Assembly (NCBI GenBank): GCA_965237675.1 | Contig: OZ250150.1 | Coordinates: 608,001 to 672,000, forward strand | DNA from: Candidatus Latescibacterota bacterium | GTDB lineage: Bacteria; Latescibacterota; UBA2968; GCA-2709665 | DNA: 64,000 bases | Direction of reading: 5' to 3' | In this document: positions 51,935 to 63,159 of the stretch, piece after piece | How the letters are laid out: every line of letters begins with the position of its first letter | Numbering within the stretch: the first letter of the stretch is position 1 | Program-made: the position numbers and the translations under genes | The notes under the pieces: model-generated | What the model was told of the DNA's origin: nothing | Databases searched by the model: none | What the model saw: the letters and a program-made list of their open reading frames with translations, nothing else

Positions 51935-52093
51935 GTGACCCGGTCGAAACAGAACATCAGCGAGACGCTAATGCGGCAATCTTGCCGGACGGCTGCCTGT
52001 GGGTCGTTGCCGGAAAATCGATTGACCCTCATAACGGGACGCGGATGTTTGGATCGCACTTTGTAATGTATGTGTTGAAGTCATGAACACCTG

Positions 52094-53584
52094 GTGAATC
52101 TCTTGAGTACACCCGATTTGGAAACGTTAAAGACGCTGGCTGAAGGCCGTGGATTGGTTCCGATTTCCAGGGAAATCCTCGGGGATACGGAAACACCGGT
52201 GTCCGCCTATCTTAAGTTGCGGTCCAGGAGTCCCTACAGCTTTCTTTTCGAGAGCGTGGAAGGTGGAGAAAAGATCGGGCGGTATTCTTTCCTGGGGGTC
52301 GAACCGTTTCTGGCTTTTCGGTCGTGGAAATCCCGTATAGAGTTGGAAGATTTAAAGCGGGGTGACGTTCGGGTTTATGAGGGATCGCCCGTTGCCGAAC
52401 TCAGGCGGCTGCTGAAAAAATACTGCTCAGCCCAGTTGAAGGGACTGCCCAGGTTTACCGGCGGGGCTGTGGGCTACGTGGGCTACGACGCAATCCGGTT
52501 GGTTGAAAATATCCCTGACCGCACGCGCGACGATCACGGTTTGCCGGACATCGTGTTGCTTTTCTACGATACGCTTCTTGGTTTCGACAACGTGCGGCAG
52601 AGGATCCATCTGATTTCCAACGTACATACGTCCGGGGATATTGAAGACAATCACCGGGAGGCGGAGGCGCGGATCGATGCGCTTGATAGGGCCTTGCGCG
52701 GGCCAATTCCCACGAACTGCGTTCCGGAAAGAGCGCCCCGACGCGGAGCGCTCAAGATCCGATCGAACACGGAGCGGTCTGTCTATTTGGACAAGGTACG
52801 GCGCTGCAAGGAGTATATCGCGGCAGGCGACATTTTTCAGGTCGTCATTTCACAGCGCTTTGAGACCGAGATAACCGTCGGATCGCTGGACATTTACCGT
52901 GCACTCCGCACGGTGAATCCGTCTCCTTATATGTTCCATCTGGATCTGAAGGAGGTACAGCTTGTCGGCGCGTCACCGGAGCTGCTGGTTCGGGTCGAGA
53001 ACGGCGTCGTGCAGGTGCGGCCAATTGCGGGCACCCGCTGGAGGGGGGCTACGGAAGAGGAGGATTCCGCCCTGGAGGCGGATTTGCTGAAAGACGAAAA
53101 GGAACGTGCGGAGCACATTATGCTGCTGGACCTGGGCCGGAACGACGTGGGGCGGGTATCCCGTTACGATACGGTACGGGTAACGGAACAGATGGCAATT
53201 GAACGATATTCTCATGTGATGCATATTGTGTCGAATGTTCAAGGGGTTCTCAACGATGGCGTCGATGCCCTGGATGCGCTTTATGCCTGTTATCCGGCAG
53301 GCACGGTCTCGGGCGCGCCCAAGATCCGTGCCATGGAAATTATCGACGAACTGGAAACGACCCGCCGAGGACCGTATTCGGGGGCGGTGGGTTATATCGA
53401 CTTTTCGGGCAATATGGATACCTGCATAGCCATTCGTACGATGGTGTTACAGGGCAAGAGAGCATACGTCCAGGCCGGTGGGGGAATTGTGTTCGATTCC
53501 GTACCGGAGGACGAGCACCAGGAGACGGTGAACAAGGCGAAGGCGTTGTTCAAAGCAGTGGAATTGGCGGAGGGTGCGGTTTAG
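52094..53584 (+). CDS. trpE: Anthranilate synthase component I
   Basis: GDIFQVV.S, NPSPYM, PIAGT, EH.ML.DLGRND and GTVSGAPK.RA. Confidence 0.96.
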   Translation: MNLLSTPDLETLKTLAEGRGLVPISREILGDTETPVSAYLKLRSRSPYSFLFESVEGGEKIGRYSFLGVEPFLAFRSWKSRIELEDLKRGDVRVYEGSPVAELRRLLKKYCSAQLKGLPRFTGGAVGYVGYDAIRLVENIPDRTRDDHGLPDIVLLFYDTLLGFDNVRQRIHLISNVHTSGDIEDNHREAEARIDALDRALRGPIPTNCVPERAPRRGALKIRSNTERSVYLDKVRRCKEYIAAGDIFQVVISQRFETEITVGSLDIYRALRTVNPSPYMFHLDLKEVQLVGASPELLVRVENGVVQVRPIAGTRWRGATEEEDSALEADLLKDEKERAEHIMLLDLGRNDVGRVSRYDTVRVTEQMAIERYSHVMHIVSNVQGVLNDGVDALDALYACYPAGTVSGAPKIRAMEIIDELETTRRGPYSGAVGYIDFSGNMDTCIAIRTMVLQGKRAYVQAGGGIVFDSVPEDEHQETVNKAKALFKAVELAEGAV

Positions 53585-53633
53585 CATAAAGAATGCATGC
53601 TGCCATCCTTCAACGATCACGGATCATTGACTT

Positions 53634-54197
53634 ATGATTCTGGTAATCGACAATTACGATTCGTTCACCTACAACCTGGTTCAGTATCTGGGTGAGTTGG
53701 GCGCGCGGATGGAGGTATTCCGGAACGATCGGATCGGACTGGACGAGATCGGCGCATCCCGACCGGACAAGGTAGTGATTTCACCCGGTCCGTGTACGCC
53801 GAACGAGGCGGGAATCTCTGTGGATTTGATCCGGCGGTATACGGGGCGGATTCCGATGCTGGGCGTCTGTCTGGGGCATCAATGCATCGGACAGGCGTTT
53901 GGCGGCACGGTCGTGAGGGCTCCGGCGATTCTCCACGGTAAAGTATCGGAGATACACCACGACGGACGTTCGATTTTCAGGGATATGTCAAATCCGTTCA
54001 TTGCCACCCGATACCATTCCCTGATTGTGGAACGCGAGAGCCTGCCGGACTGCCTGGAGGTCTCCGCGCAGACGCATGACGGGATTATCATGGGATTGCG
54101 GCACCGGGAGTATCCGGTCGAGGGCGTGCAGTTTCATCCGGAGTCCATCTTGACGTCCGAGGGCAAAGTGTTGTTGCGGAATTTTCTGGATGGCTGA
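53634..54197 (+). CDS. trpG: Anthranilate synthase component II
   Basis: [24 protein letters not shown]. Confidence 0.95.
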   Translation: MILVIDNYDSFTYNLVQYLGELGARMEVFRNDRIGLDEIGASRPDKVVISPGPCTPNEAGISVDLIRRYTGRIPMLGVCLGHQCIGQAFGGTVVRAPAILHGKVSEIHHDGRSIFRDMSNPFIATRYHSLIVERESLPDCLEVSAQTHDGIIMGLRHREYPVEGVQFHPESILTSEGKVLLRNFLDG

Positions 54198-54252
54198 ATT
54201 CGGGGATCTGTAAATGGGTCCGGTTCTCTGTCTGCAAGTCAGGGAGATGGCT

Positions 54253-55269
54253 ATGTCGATACAGGATTCGATTGCAAGGCTGATTGAGGAACAGAATCTG
54301 ACACGGGACCAAATGGTCGGGACGATGAACCAGATTATGTCGGGCGGAGCGACGGACGCACAGATCGGTGGGTTTCTGGTCGCGTTGCGCCTCAAGGGGG
54401 AGACAGCGGAGGAGATCGCGGGCGCCGCGGAGGTGATGAGGGAAAAGGCGACCCGGATCGTGACGAGACATGCGACGGTGGTCGATACATGCGGCACCGG
54501 AGGTGATGGGTCGGGCACTTTCAATATATCGACGGCCGCAGCGTTTGTGGTTGCGGGCGCTGGCCTTTGCGTGGCCAAACATGGGAATCGCGCGGCAACC
54601 AGCTTGTGTGGCAGCGCGGATGTCTTAAAGGAACTGGGGGTGAATATCGAGGCGGCGCCGGAGACGGTGGTACGGTGTCTGGATGAGGTAGGCATCGGGT
54701 TCCTGTTTGCTCCGGCTTTGCACGGTGCAATGAAATATGCGATCGTACCCAGACGCGAACTCGGCGTGCGCACGGTTTTCAACGCTCTGGGGCCACTCAC
54801 CAATCCTGCGGGGGCAACCCGGCACCTGATCGGAGTATATAGTCGATCGCTGACCGGCAGGCTGGCGGAGGTGTTGCGAACATTGAATTCGGAACGTGCG
54901 TTTGTAGTTCACGGCCTGGACGGACTGGATGAGATCACCACGACCGGACCGACGCAGGTGAGCGAGTTGAAGAACGGAACGGTATCCACGTATGAGATCA
55001 GACCGGAGGATCTGGGCATCGCCAGGGCGACGACAGGTGATCTGGCAGGGGGCAACGCCGAGACCAATGCGGCGATTCTGCGCAGGGTGCTGAATGGTGA
55101 GCCTGGTGGGCGGCTGGATGTTGTCTTGCTGAATGCGGCAGCCGCCATCGTAGCCGGTGGCGCCGCGGATGATCTGCCGGCAGGGATAGCCCTGGCCAGG
55201 GAGGCCGTGGATTCGGGGCGGGCAATGGAAAAACTGGAAGAACTGAAACTGGTCTCGGACGGAGGGTAG
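54253..55269 (+). CDS. trpD: Anthranilate phosphoribosyltransferase
   Basis: DTCGTGGDG..TFNIST, KHGNR, DGLDE. Confidence 0.97.
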   Translation: MSIQDSIARLIEEQNLTRDQMVGTMNQIMSGGATDAQIGGFLVALRLKGETAEEIAGAAEVMREKATRIVTRHATVVDTCGTGGDGSGTFNISTAAAFVVAGAGLCVAKHGNRAATSLCGSADVLKELGVNIEAAPETVVRCLDEVGIGFLFAPALHGAMKYAIVPRRELGVRTVFNALGPLTNPAGATRHLIGVYSRSLTGRLAEVLRTLNSERAFVVHGLDGLDEITTTGPTQVSELKNGTVSTYEIRPEDLGIARATTGDLAGGNAETNAAILRRVLNGEPGGRLDVVLLNAAAAIVAGGAADDLPAGIALAREAVDSGRAMEKLEELKLVSDGG

Positions 55270-55360
55270 TTGACGTTGAGCGATTTCGTCACCCGCCCCC
55301 GAACATACGCCTTCAACGCGATCAATAAGGGTCGCCCGGCGGAAACGAAGATGGTTCAGT

Positions 55361-56152
55361 ATGGCTACAATCCTGGATGAGATCATCGCTTATAAGCGTC
55401 GCGTTGTGGCTGAGGCAAAACAACGGATTTCCCATGGGGAGTTGCAGAAGCAGTGGGATCTGGTCCGTGAGCCGGTCTCGTTGATTGAAAACCTGACTGC
55501 CGGGGAGGATATCGCGTTGATTGCGGAGATAAAGAAGGCATCTCCGTCGAAAGGAGTGATTCGCGAAGATTTCGATCCGGTGGAAATCGGCCGGGTTTAC
55601 GAAAAAAACGGCGCGGCGGCAATTTCCGTGCTGACGGATGTGAAGTATTTTCAGGGCTCCGACGACAGTCTGAAGGCCGTAAGCGAAGCCGTGGAACTGC
55701 CGGTGCTCCGGAAGGATTTCGTGGTTGATCCTTATCAGATCCATGAAGCCAGAACAATCGGGGCGTCTGCGGTTTTGCTTATTGTTTCAGCGCTCTCGCA
55801 ACGTGACCTGGCAGGGATGCTCGCTGTCTGCAGGGAGTCGAAATTAGGCGCGCTGGTGGAAGTGCACACCAGAGAGGAAGCGAGGATGGCGCTGGACGCG
55901 GGAGCAGAACTCTTGGGGGTGAATAACCGCGACCTGAAGACATTTAAAACAGACTTGCGAACCACATTCGACCTCATGGAACATCTGCCAGACGAACTTG
56001 TGACGGTCAGTGAAAGCGGTATCGAGACCAGGGACCAGGTGGTTCGATTACGGGAAGCCGGCGTGGATGCGGTGCTGGTCGGGGAGCATCTGATGCGCCA
56101 CCCTGATGTCGGTCGGAAGCTTCGAGCGCTGTTGGGCAAGGAAGGCGGCTGA
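55361..56152 (+). CDS. trpC: Indole-3-glycerol phosphate synthase
   Basis: IAEIKKASPSKG, LRKDF, NNRDL, ESGI. Confidence 0.97.
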   Translation: MATILDEIIAYKRRVVAEAKQRISHGELQKQWDLVREPVSLIENLTAGEDIALIAEIKKASPSKGVIREDFDPVEIGRVYEKNGAAAISVLTDVKYFQGSDDSLKAVSEAVELPVLRKDFVVDPYQIHEARTIGASAVLLIVSALSQRDLAGMLAVCRESKLGALVEVHTREEARMALDAGAELLGVNNRDLKTFKTDLRTTFDLMEHLPDELVTVSESGIETRDQVVRLREAGVDAVLVGEHLMRHPDVGRKLRALLGKEGG

Positions 56153-56160
56153 TTCAAACC

Positions 56161-56781
56161 ATGGTTCGGGTGAAGATTTGCGGCATCACGAATCCGGAGG
56201 ATGCGCTCTTTGCGGTTGCACAGGGCGTTGACGCCCTGGGGTTCATCTTTTATGAGCCCAGCCCGCGTTACGTGCATCCTGACCGCGTGAGCGAGATCGT
56301 GTCGGAGTTGCCGCCGTTTGTCACGCCAGTTGGCGTTTTCGTGAACAAGGTCAGGGAGGATATCCTGGCAATTGTGCGGTCGACGCGGCTTCGGGCGGTC
56401 CAATTGCACGGCGACGAGACGCCGGCTGATTGCCAGGGGTACCCTTTTCCGGTCATCCGTGCATTGCGGGTCGGCGAGGGATTCAACCCTGCGTCGCTGA
56501 GCGTTTATCCCGTAAACACGTTTCTGCTGGATACGGCAAAAAAAGGATGGTACGGCGGTACGGGAGAGACCTTTGACTGGCGGGTTGCAAGGGCAGCTGC
56601 GGCACACGGTCGGATCATCCTGTCGGGGGGGATCGATCCGCAAAACGTGGCGGAAGCGGTCCGAATGGTGAATCCGTATGCCGTGGACTGCGGCAGCGGC
56701 GTTGAGGCCGCGCCAGGCAGGAAGGACCACTGCAGGATCGCAGAGTTTTTCGAGGCGCTTCGCTCTGTAAACGGGAACTAG
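56161..56781 (+). CDS. trpF: Phosphoribosylanthranilate isomerase
   Basis: KICGIT, QLHGDE, GGTG.TFDW, SGVE..PG.KD. Confidence 0.96.
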   Translation: MVRVKICGITNPEDALFAVAQGVDALGFIFYEPSPRYVHPDRVSEIVSELPPFVTPVGVFVNKVREDILAIVRSTRLRAVQLHGDETPADCQGYPFPVIRALRVGEGFNPASLSVYPVNTFLLDTAKKGWYGGTGETFDWRVARAAAAHGRIILSGGIDPQNVAEAVRMVNPYAVDCGSGVEAAPGRKDHCRIAEFFEALRSVNGN

Positions 56782-57033
56782 ATTGCCGAAATTCGGCCGA
56801 CCAGAAGCAGCAAGAACAGCTATCTGCTCTCAGCCGTCAGCTTGAATCAAAAACCCAATCAGTTGACGTCAGCGCCGTGAAAAGCCAGCACCCAGAACGG
56901 GCGCAATGAGGGCACTTCTACAGGCTCAGTGTCCACATTTCCACAAACTTGCTTCGGCAAGCCGTTTCGACAGGCTCGACGTAGAAAACGCACCCGGCGA
57001 ACGCAAAGCGGATGGATTGCCGAAATCTGCGAC
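56762..57033 (+). repeat. Mosaic copy of the MITE-like repeat modules
   Basis: TAGATTGCCGAAATTCGGCCGA begins at the trpF stop; ~115-bp match to 12471-12584; CAGGCTC motifs shared with other copies. Confidence 0.75.
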
Positions 57034-57083
57034 AATCAGCGTAATTTTGCTTCATCAACCGAATCGATCTGGAGCGAGACATT

Positions 57084-58349
57084 GTGGACATCTTGAAAGA
57101 TCTGGAGTTCCGGGGGTATGTTTTTCAGGTAACGGACGCCAGCGGACTCAAGGCGCGGCTCGCCCGGGGGCCGATTACGCTCTATTCGGGGTTCGATCCC
57201 ACGGCAGACAGCATGCACCACGGTAACCTGATACCCATTCTGGGACTGCGCCGTTTCCAGTTGGCCGGGCACCATGCAATTGGCCTTATCGGGGGAGGCA
57301 CCGGTTTGATTGGCGATCCGAGCGGCAGCAAGGAAGAACGCCGGTTGAACCCGCCCGAGGTGATCGAGGCATATACCGGGAAGCTGACAGAGCAATTGGC
57401 TAAATTTCTGGATTTCGAGACACGGACAAATCCGGCGCAGGTGGTCAGTAATTCGGGCTGGCTTTCCGAACTCAGGGCAATTGACTTCCTGAGGGACACC
57501 GGCAAGCATTTTTCCATGGGTTATATGCTGGCGAAAGAGTCTGTGGCCTCCAGGCTGGAGTCGGGAATATCGTTCACTGAATTCAGCTATATGGTCATAC
57601 AGGCACATGACTTTATGGAGCTGTTTCGGACGCACGGATGCGAGTTGCAGATTGGTGGGAGCGATCAATGGGGCAATATTACCGCAGGAATAGAGTTGAT
57701 CCGTCGTCGGCTGCGCGGGCAGGCCCACGGGCTGACGTTTCCGCTGCTGGAGAAAGCCGACGGGTCCAAGTTCGGCAAGACGGCATCCGGTACCGTCTGG
57801 CTGGATGCTGCGAAGACATCGCCCTATCAGTTCTACCAGCACTGGATCAATACGGATGACCGGGATGTGGTGAGTTTCCTGAAGCTGTTTACCTTTCTCC
57901 CAAAGGATGAGATCCGAAATCTTGAATTGGAAGTGGCACAACGCCCCGAGAAGCGGCAGGCTCAGCGGGTGCTGGCCCACGAGGTGACCACGTTCGTACA
58001 CGACAGGGCCGCCACGGAGCGGGCGGAGCGGATATCCGAGGCGTTGTTTTATGGGGATCTGCGAAATTTGAGTGCTCAAGAGATAAAGGAAGCGTTCAGC
58101 GACGTGCCATCTCATGCGCTCAATGGCGTTTCTGAAGTGGGTCTGGTCAGTCTGCTGGTCGATGTCCGGATTTCATCATCCATGCGCCAGGCACGCGAAG
58201 ACATCAAGTCCGGTTCGATACAAATCAATGGCCGGCGGTGCACCGATTTAGGCCGGATCCTTGAGCCTTCCGACAGACTCGCGGGAAAATACCTGGTGGT
58301 GCGCCGGGGCAAACGCCGCTACTTTCTGGTGCGCTGGAATAATTGGTAG
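57084..58349 (+). CDS. tyrS: Tyrosine--tRNA ligase
   Basis: GFDPTADSMHHG, QIGGSDQWGNI, KFGKT, C-terminal S4 domain. Confidence 0.97.
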   Translation: MDILKDLEFRGYVFQVTDASGLKARLARGPITLYSGFDPTADSMHHGNLIPILGLRRFQLAGHHAIGLIGGGTGLIGDPSGSKEERRLNPPEVIEAYTGKLTEQLAKFLDFETRTNPAQVVSNSGWLSELRAIDFLRDTGKHFSMGYMLAKESVASRLESGISFTEFSYMVIQAHDFMELFRTHGCELQIGGSDQWGNITAGIELIRRRLRGQAHGLTFPLLEKADGSKFGKTASGTVWLDAAKTSPYQFYQHWINTDDRDVVSFLKLFTFLPKDEIRNLELEVAQRPEKRQAQRVLAHEVTTFVHDRAATERAERISEALFYGDLRNLSAQEIKEAFSDVPSHALNGVSEVGLVSLLVDVRISSSMRQAREDIKSGSIQINGRRCTDLGRILEPSDRLAGKYLVVRRGKRRYFLVRWNNW

Positions 58350-58442
58350 GCGGGTGTGGGGCCGCTTATGCGTATCGGAATGCAAATCAGGATATGAATA
58401 TTCGGAACTCAGCAGGAAAAACAAAAGGAGAGGATTCCTTCC

Positions 58443-59420
58443 ATGAAAGCACCCTGGATTACCTATCGGCCGGAACTCAAAGTACTTGATTGTACGATTC
58501 GAGACGGCGGATTGATGAATGACCATCATTTTACAGATGATTTCGTGAAGGCAGTTTATGAAACGTGCGTTGACGCGGGCGTCGACTATATGGAAATCGG
58601 GTACCGAAATTCCAAGGAGATGTTCCCAAAAGGACAATTCGGACCCTTCCGACACAGCGACGAAGAAGATATCCGGAAGGTTACGGGTGATCACGACCCG
58701 GTGGCGACCGGCCTGAAGCTCGCCATTATGGCCGATGCGGGCAAGAGCGATTGGGCGGAAGACATCCTGCCGGCCAGCGAGAGCGTGGTCAGCATGGTAC
58801 GCGTTGCGTGCTACGTCGAACAGATCCCCGAAACCGTCGAAATGCTTTGCGACGCCCATGAGAAGGGGTATGAAACCAGCTGTAACATTATGGCCATTTC
58901 GACCGTGCAGGAGGTCGAGATTGACCAGGCGCTGGAGGTTCTCATACAAACGCCGGTTGGAACAATATGCGTTGTAGACAGTTTTGGCGCATTGTACCGC
59001 GAGCAGGTGGATATGCTCATTCGGAAGTATATGGAAGCCGTCGACGGAACAGGAAAGGAAGTAGGCATTCACGCGCACAACAATCAGCAACTGGCATTTG
59101 CCAATACCCTCGAAGCGCTGATTCTGGGCGCCAACCGGGTTGATGCCACCGTGGATGGACTTGGCCGCGGCGCGGGAAATTGCCCCCTGGAATTGCTGCT
59201 CGGATTCTTGCGGAATCCCAAGTTCAAGATTCGTCCTGTCTATAGGCTGCTGGAAGACCATTTTGTCAAATTGCGCGGTGACTTGACGTGGGGGCCCCTG
59301 ATTCCGTACAACATCACGGGTCAGCACAACCAGCATCCCCGCGCGGCGATGGCGCTTCTGGACGGGGAAGACCACAATCGGTATCTGGCATTCTACGATC
59401 AGGTGATGAGGGATATCTAG
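58443..59420 (+). CDS. DRE-TIM metallolyase, 4-hydroxy-2-oxovalerate aldolase-like catalytic domain
   Basis: LDCTIRDGG, VDSFG, HAHNN and GRGAGN...E. Confidence 0.85.
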   Translation: MKAPWITYRPELKVLDCTIRDGGLMNDHHFTDDFVKAVYETCVDAGVDYMEIGYRNSKEMFPKGQFGPFRHSDEEDIRKVTGDHDPVATGLKLAIMADAGKSDWAEDILPASESVVSMVRVACYVEQIPETVEMLCDAHEKGYETSCNIMAISTVQEVEIDQALEVLIQTPVGTICVVDSFGALYREQVDMLIRKYMEAVDGTGKEVGIHAHNNQQLAFANTLEALILGANRVDATVDGLGRGAGNCPLELLLGFLRNPKFKIRPVYRLLEDHFVKLRGDLTWGPLIPYNITGQHNQHPRAAMALLDGEDHNRYLAFYDQVMRDI

Positions 59421-59490
59421 TGTTCTGTCCCAGAAATATGTTACCATTCATCCGCCGAGTTACGGCAATCTATTTCCGGGACAGAACACT
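59419..59490 (-). repeat. Minimal 72-bp MITE-like element
   Basis: 20-bp terminal inverted repeats AGTGTTCTGTCCC(A/G)GAAATA with 1 mismatch; starts in the upstream TAG. Confidence 0.9.
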
Positions 59491-59611
59491 CATCGCCGTC
59501 GCCCCGGTTTCTGCAGTCCGCACAGAAATACAGAGGTGAGAATGTCCGCCGTAAAGAGGGTCTGGAAAAGCGACGGCACCTGAATCTGCCTGGTCACCAC
59601 ACCTAAATAGG

Positions 59612-60832
59612 ATGGAAACAATGGCACTTCTCAAAGCAGATGAACCAACCCGGACGTGGCCCGATTCCGGCGGACACTTCGGACCCTATGGCGGGCGCTA
59701 CGTTCCGGAAACGTTGATGCCGTTGTTGGAGGACCTGGAGGCAGCCTACCACGAGGCGAAGGGCCGTACGGATTTCAAGGAGGAATTGGACCGGTATCTC
59801 GCGGAATTCGTGGGAAGGCCGACGTCACTTTATTTTGCACAAAGGCTGACCGCCAAACTGGGTGGCGCCAGAATCTATCTGAAGCGGGAGGACCTGGCGC
59901 ACACGGGCGCGCATAAAATAAACAATACGATGGGGCAGATTCTGCTTGCCAAGCGGATGGGCAAAACGCGCATCATTGCGGAGACAGGCGCCGGTCAACA
60001 CGGAGTGGCGACAGCAACTGTGGCGGCGATGTTCGGAATGGCCTGCGAGATTTACATGGGCACCGAAGACATGGAACGGCAGGCGTTGAATGTGTTTCGG
60101 ATGCGGCTGCTTGGGGCCAGAGTGACCGGCGTGGACTCGGGCAGCAGAACACTGAAAGATGCGATCAACGAAGCCATCCGCGATTGGGTGACGAATGTGG
60201 AGGATACGTTTTATATTTTCGGATCCGTCCTGGGACCGCATCCGTATCCGATGATCGTGCGCGATTTTCAGCGGGTGATCGGGGTGGAAACGCGTCGTCA
60301 GATCCTGGAAGCGGAAGGCCGGTTGCCGGACTGTCTGATCGCGTGCGTTGGGGGCGGCAGCAATTCTATCGGGCTGTTTCATGCCTTTTTGGAGGACACG
60401 GACGTGCGGATGGTTGGTGTCGAAGCGGGAGGCCATGGGATTGCCTCCGGAGACCATGCCGCCCGATTTCAAGGTGGGGATCTGGGCGTGCTGCACGGGG
60501 CCCGGATTTACATCTTGCAGGATGAGGACGGGCAGATCGCCCTTACTCATTCGGTGTCCGCGGGTCTGGATTATTCGGGAGTAGGGCCGGAGCACTGCCA
60601 TCTGCGGGATGCAGGTCGGATCGAGTATGTGTATGCAACGGACGACGAGGCACTGAAGGCCTTTCAACTGTTGAGCCGCACCGAGGGTATAATCCCCGCG
60701 CTGGAAAGCGCGCACGCGATCGCGTACGTGTCCAAAGCGGCGCCCGAAATGGGCAAGGACGCGGTCATCGTGGCGAATCTTTCAGGCCGCGGCGATAAAG
60801 ACGTACAGCAGGCGGCGAAGTACCTGGATTAG
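59612..60832 (+). CDS. trpB: Tryptophan synthase beta chain
   Basis: [30 protein letters not shown]. Confidence 0.98.
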   Translation: METMALLKADEPTRTWPDSGGHFGPYGGRYVPETLMPLLEDLEAAYHEAKGRTDFKEELDRYLAEFVGRPTSLYFAQRLTAKLGGARIYLKREDLAHTGAHKINNTMGQILLAKRMGKTRIIAETGAGQHGVATATVAAMFGMACEIYMGTEDMERQALNVFRMRLLGARVTGVDSGSRTLKDAINEAIRDWVTNVEDTFYIFGSVLGPHPYPMIVRDFQRVIGVETRRQILEAEGRLPDCLIACVGGGSNSIGLFHAFLEDTDVRMVGVEAGGHGIASGDHAARFQGGDLGVLHGARIYILQDEDGQIALTHSVSAGLDYSGVGPEHCHLRDAGRIEYVYATDDEALKAFQLLSRTEGIIPALESAHAIAYVSKAAPEMGKDAVIVANLSGRGDKDVQQAAKYLD

Positions 60833-60885
60833 GCACCTTTCCGCCGATTGTGTTCAAGCCGGAATCGAAGAATGGGGTCGCTCGA

Positions 60886-61698
60886 ATGACAAGGATCGGG
60901 AAGCGGTTCGAAGCGTTGAAAGACGCGGGCAGGACTGGATTTGTGGCCTATATTACGGCGGGAGATCCGGATCTGGCAACCACCCGAAAACTGGTGCCGG
61001 AGTTGGAACGGCGCGGGGTGGACATTCTGGAGTTGGGCGTGCCGTTCTCCGATCCACTGGCGGATGGTCCGGAAATCCAGCAGGCATCGCAGCGGGCCCT
61101 GCGGCATCGGGTCTCAATCGGCGACGTGCTGAATCTGGTGGAGGACCTGCGGTTGGAGACGGAGATGCCGATCGTTCTGTTTACGTATTTCAATCCGATG
61201 CATCGATTTGGCCTGAAACGGCTTGTTGACCGGGCGGCGGAAGCGGGGGTCGACGGCATTCTCGCACTGGACCTCCCACCCGAGGAGGCGGCGGAGTACA
61301 AGTGTCTGATGGCGGAACAGGGATTGGACACGATTTTTTTGATTGCACCTACGAGCCGTGAGGATCGCATTCAACGGATTGCAGCTCATACCAGCGGGTT
61401 TGTGTATTACGTCTCACGCACGGGCGTAACGGGGGAACGGAACAGGCTGGAAGAGACGCTTGCCGCCAAGGTGGCGAGCATCCGACGGCATACGTCGCAA
61501 CCGATTGCGGTAGGGTTTGGAATTTCGACGCCCGAACATACCAGGGAGGTTGCAGGTTATGCGGATGCAGTCGTCGTGGGCAGCGCGATTGTTCGGCGAA
61601 TTGGGCAGCGGCAAGGCGATCCGGATCTTGTTTCACAAATTGGGACATTTGTGGAAGAGCTTGTGCAACCGTTGAAGGGAGCAGCGGATGGATCTTGA
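60886..61698 (+). CDS. trpA: Tryptophan synthase alpha chain
   Basis: ELGVPFSDPLADGP, GVTG, VGFGIS. Confidence 0.97.
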   Translation: MTRIGKRFEALKDAGRTGFVAYITAGDPDLATTRKLVPELERRGVDILELGVPFSDPLADGPEIQQASQRALRHRVSIGDVLNLVEDLRLETEMPIVLFTYFNPMHRFGLKRLVDRAAEAGVDGILALDLPPEEAAEYKCLMAEQGLDTIFLIAPTSREDRIQRIAAHTSGFVYYVSRTGVTGERNRLEETLAAKVASIRRHTSQPIAVGFGISTPEHTREVAGYADAVVVGSAIVRRIGQRQGDPDLVSQIGTFVEELVQPLKGAADGS

Positions 61699-61981
61699 AG
61701 ACTGGCGAAAGGAAATCGACGCCCTGAATCAACAACTGTTGGAGCTTCTGAATCGGCGAGCCGAATGCGCCCTTGAAATTGGCAGGATCAAACAGGCAAT
61801 CGAGCAACCCATCTATGCACCGGAACGGGAGACGTCGATCCTGAACCGAATCCGCGAACTGAACACGGGGCCGCTGGCCGATGAAGCGGTGCAACGGATT
61901 TTTAAGCAGATAATCGATGAGTCCAGGCGGTTGGAACAGGAGCATGGCGAACGGGACACGGGGGGCACGAATCCCCTCTGA
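61688..61981 (+). CDS. Monofunctional chorismate mutase (AroQ/type II)
   Basis: R.EID......LL..R......IG..K and PERE. Confidence 0.9.
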   Translation: MDLEDWRKEIDALNQQLLELLNRRAECALEIGRIKQAIEQPIYAPERETSILNRIRELNTGPLADEAVQRIFKQIIDESRRLEQEHGERDTGGTNPL

Positions 61982-62052
61982 ATCCACCCGTGAAACCGGC
62001 CGAGACAGGACACAAGATTGACCGTCGCGATTTACCGCGGAGTTGAAAGCAT

Positions 62053-63081
62053 ATGGCCTTCAGAAAAATCCTGAAGATACCCACGCCGGAAGCCGTGCTG
62101 GAGAAAATGTCGCTTCCGAAAACGCTGAAGACGATAAAGGAGGATCGCGACACGGAAATCAGGGATATTTTCGCGCGCAAGAGCGATAAGTTTCTGCTGG
62201 TGATCGGACCCTGTTCAGCGCACAACGAAGATGCCGTATGTGAATACGTATTCAGGTTGGCGAAACTGCAGGAGGCCGTCCGGGAAAAGCTGGTTCTGGT
62301 GCCGCGCATTTATACCAACAAACCCCGCACAACCGGCGAGGGGTACAAGGGGATGGGGCATCAACCGGACCCGCGGAAGGCACCGGATATTTCTCAGGGC
62401 ATTTTTGCGGTTCGTCAGATGCACATCCGCGCGGCCCGGGAATCACACCTGACGGCGGCCGACGAAATGCTGTACCCGGGCAATCTGCCTTATGTCGAGG
62501 ATCTGCTGAGTTATATCGCTGTAGGCGCACGATCGGTGGAAAATCAGCAGCACCGATTGACCTGCAGCGGCGTTGGCGTACCCGTGGGAATGAAAAACCC
62601 GACGGGAGGAGATCTTTCGGTAATGCTGAACGCGATTCATGCCTCACAGATTCCGCACGTCTTCATCTATAACGGTTGGGAGGTGCGCACCGACGGCAAT
62701 CCCTTGACACATGCCGTGCTTCGGGGCTTCCTGGACGTGACAGGGCGTAGTATACCGAACTACCACTACGAAGACCTCATGTACGTTGCGGAACTCTATC
62801 AGCAGCGCCCACTCGCCAATGCCACAATCGTCGTGGATACGAATCACAATAACTCAGGCAAGCAGTTCCGCGAGCAACCCAGGATCGGGTTGGAGGTAAT
62901 ACGCAGCCGGCAGAGTTCGGAGTTTTTGAAGGATATGATCCGCGGGTTGATGGTGGAAAGTTATCTGGTTGAGGGCTCTCAGAATGTAAATGACGGCGTG
63001 TACGGAAAATCCATTACCGATCCGTGCCTGGGGTGGAAGGAATCCGAGGCGTTTGTAAAGGAACTGGCGGACAGGATATGA
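62053..63081 (+). CDS. DAHP synthase, class I-alpha
   Basis: IGPCSA, KPRTT, GARS, GMKNPT, H.NS and GKSITD.C. Confidence 0.93.
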   Translation: MAFRKILKIPTPEAVLEKMSLPKTLKTIKEDRDTEIRDIFARKSDKFLLVIGPCSAHNEDAVCEYVFRLAKLQEAVREKLVLVPRIYTNKPRTTGEGYKGMGHQPDPRKAPDISQGIFAVRQMHIRAARESHLTAADEMLYPGNLPYVEDLLSYIAVGARSVENQQHRLTCSGVGVPVGMKNPTGGDLSVMLNAIHASQIPHVFIYNGWEVRTDGNPLTHAVLRGFLDVTGRSIPNYHYEDLMYVAELYQQRPLANATIVVDTNHNNSGKQFREQPRIGLEVIRSRQSSEFLKDMIRGLMVESYLVEGSQNVNDGVYGKSITDPCLGWKESEAFVKELADRI

Positions 63082-63159
63082 GAGCGGACAGGCTCAGGAC
63101 TCATCAGGAAATCGGAATTGGCTTCCGACGCTTTTGCCCGCTCTTCCGAGGATGACCGT

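Noticed and set aside
51785-52066. 93-aa ORF in the trp leader
   Set aside because: Crosses the terminator and has no family features; the credible leader is in another frame.
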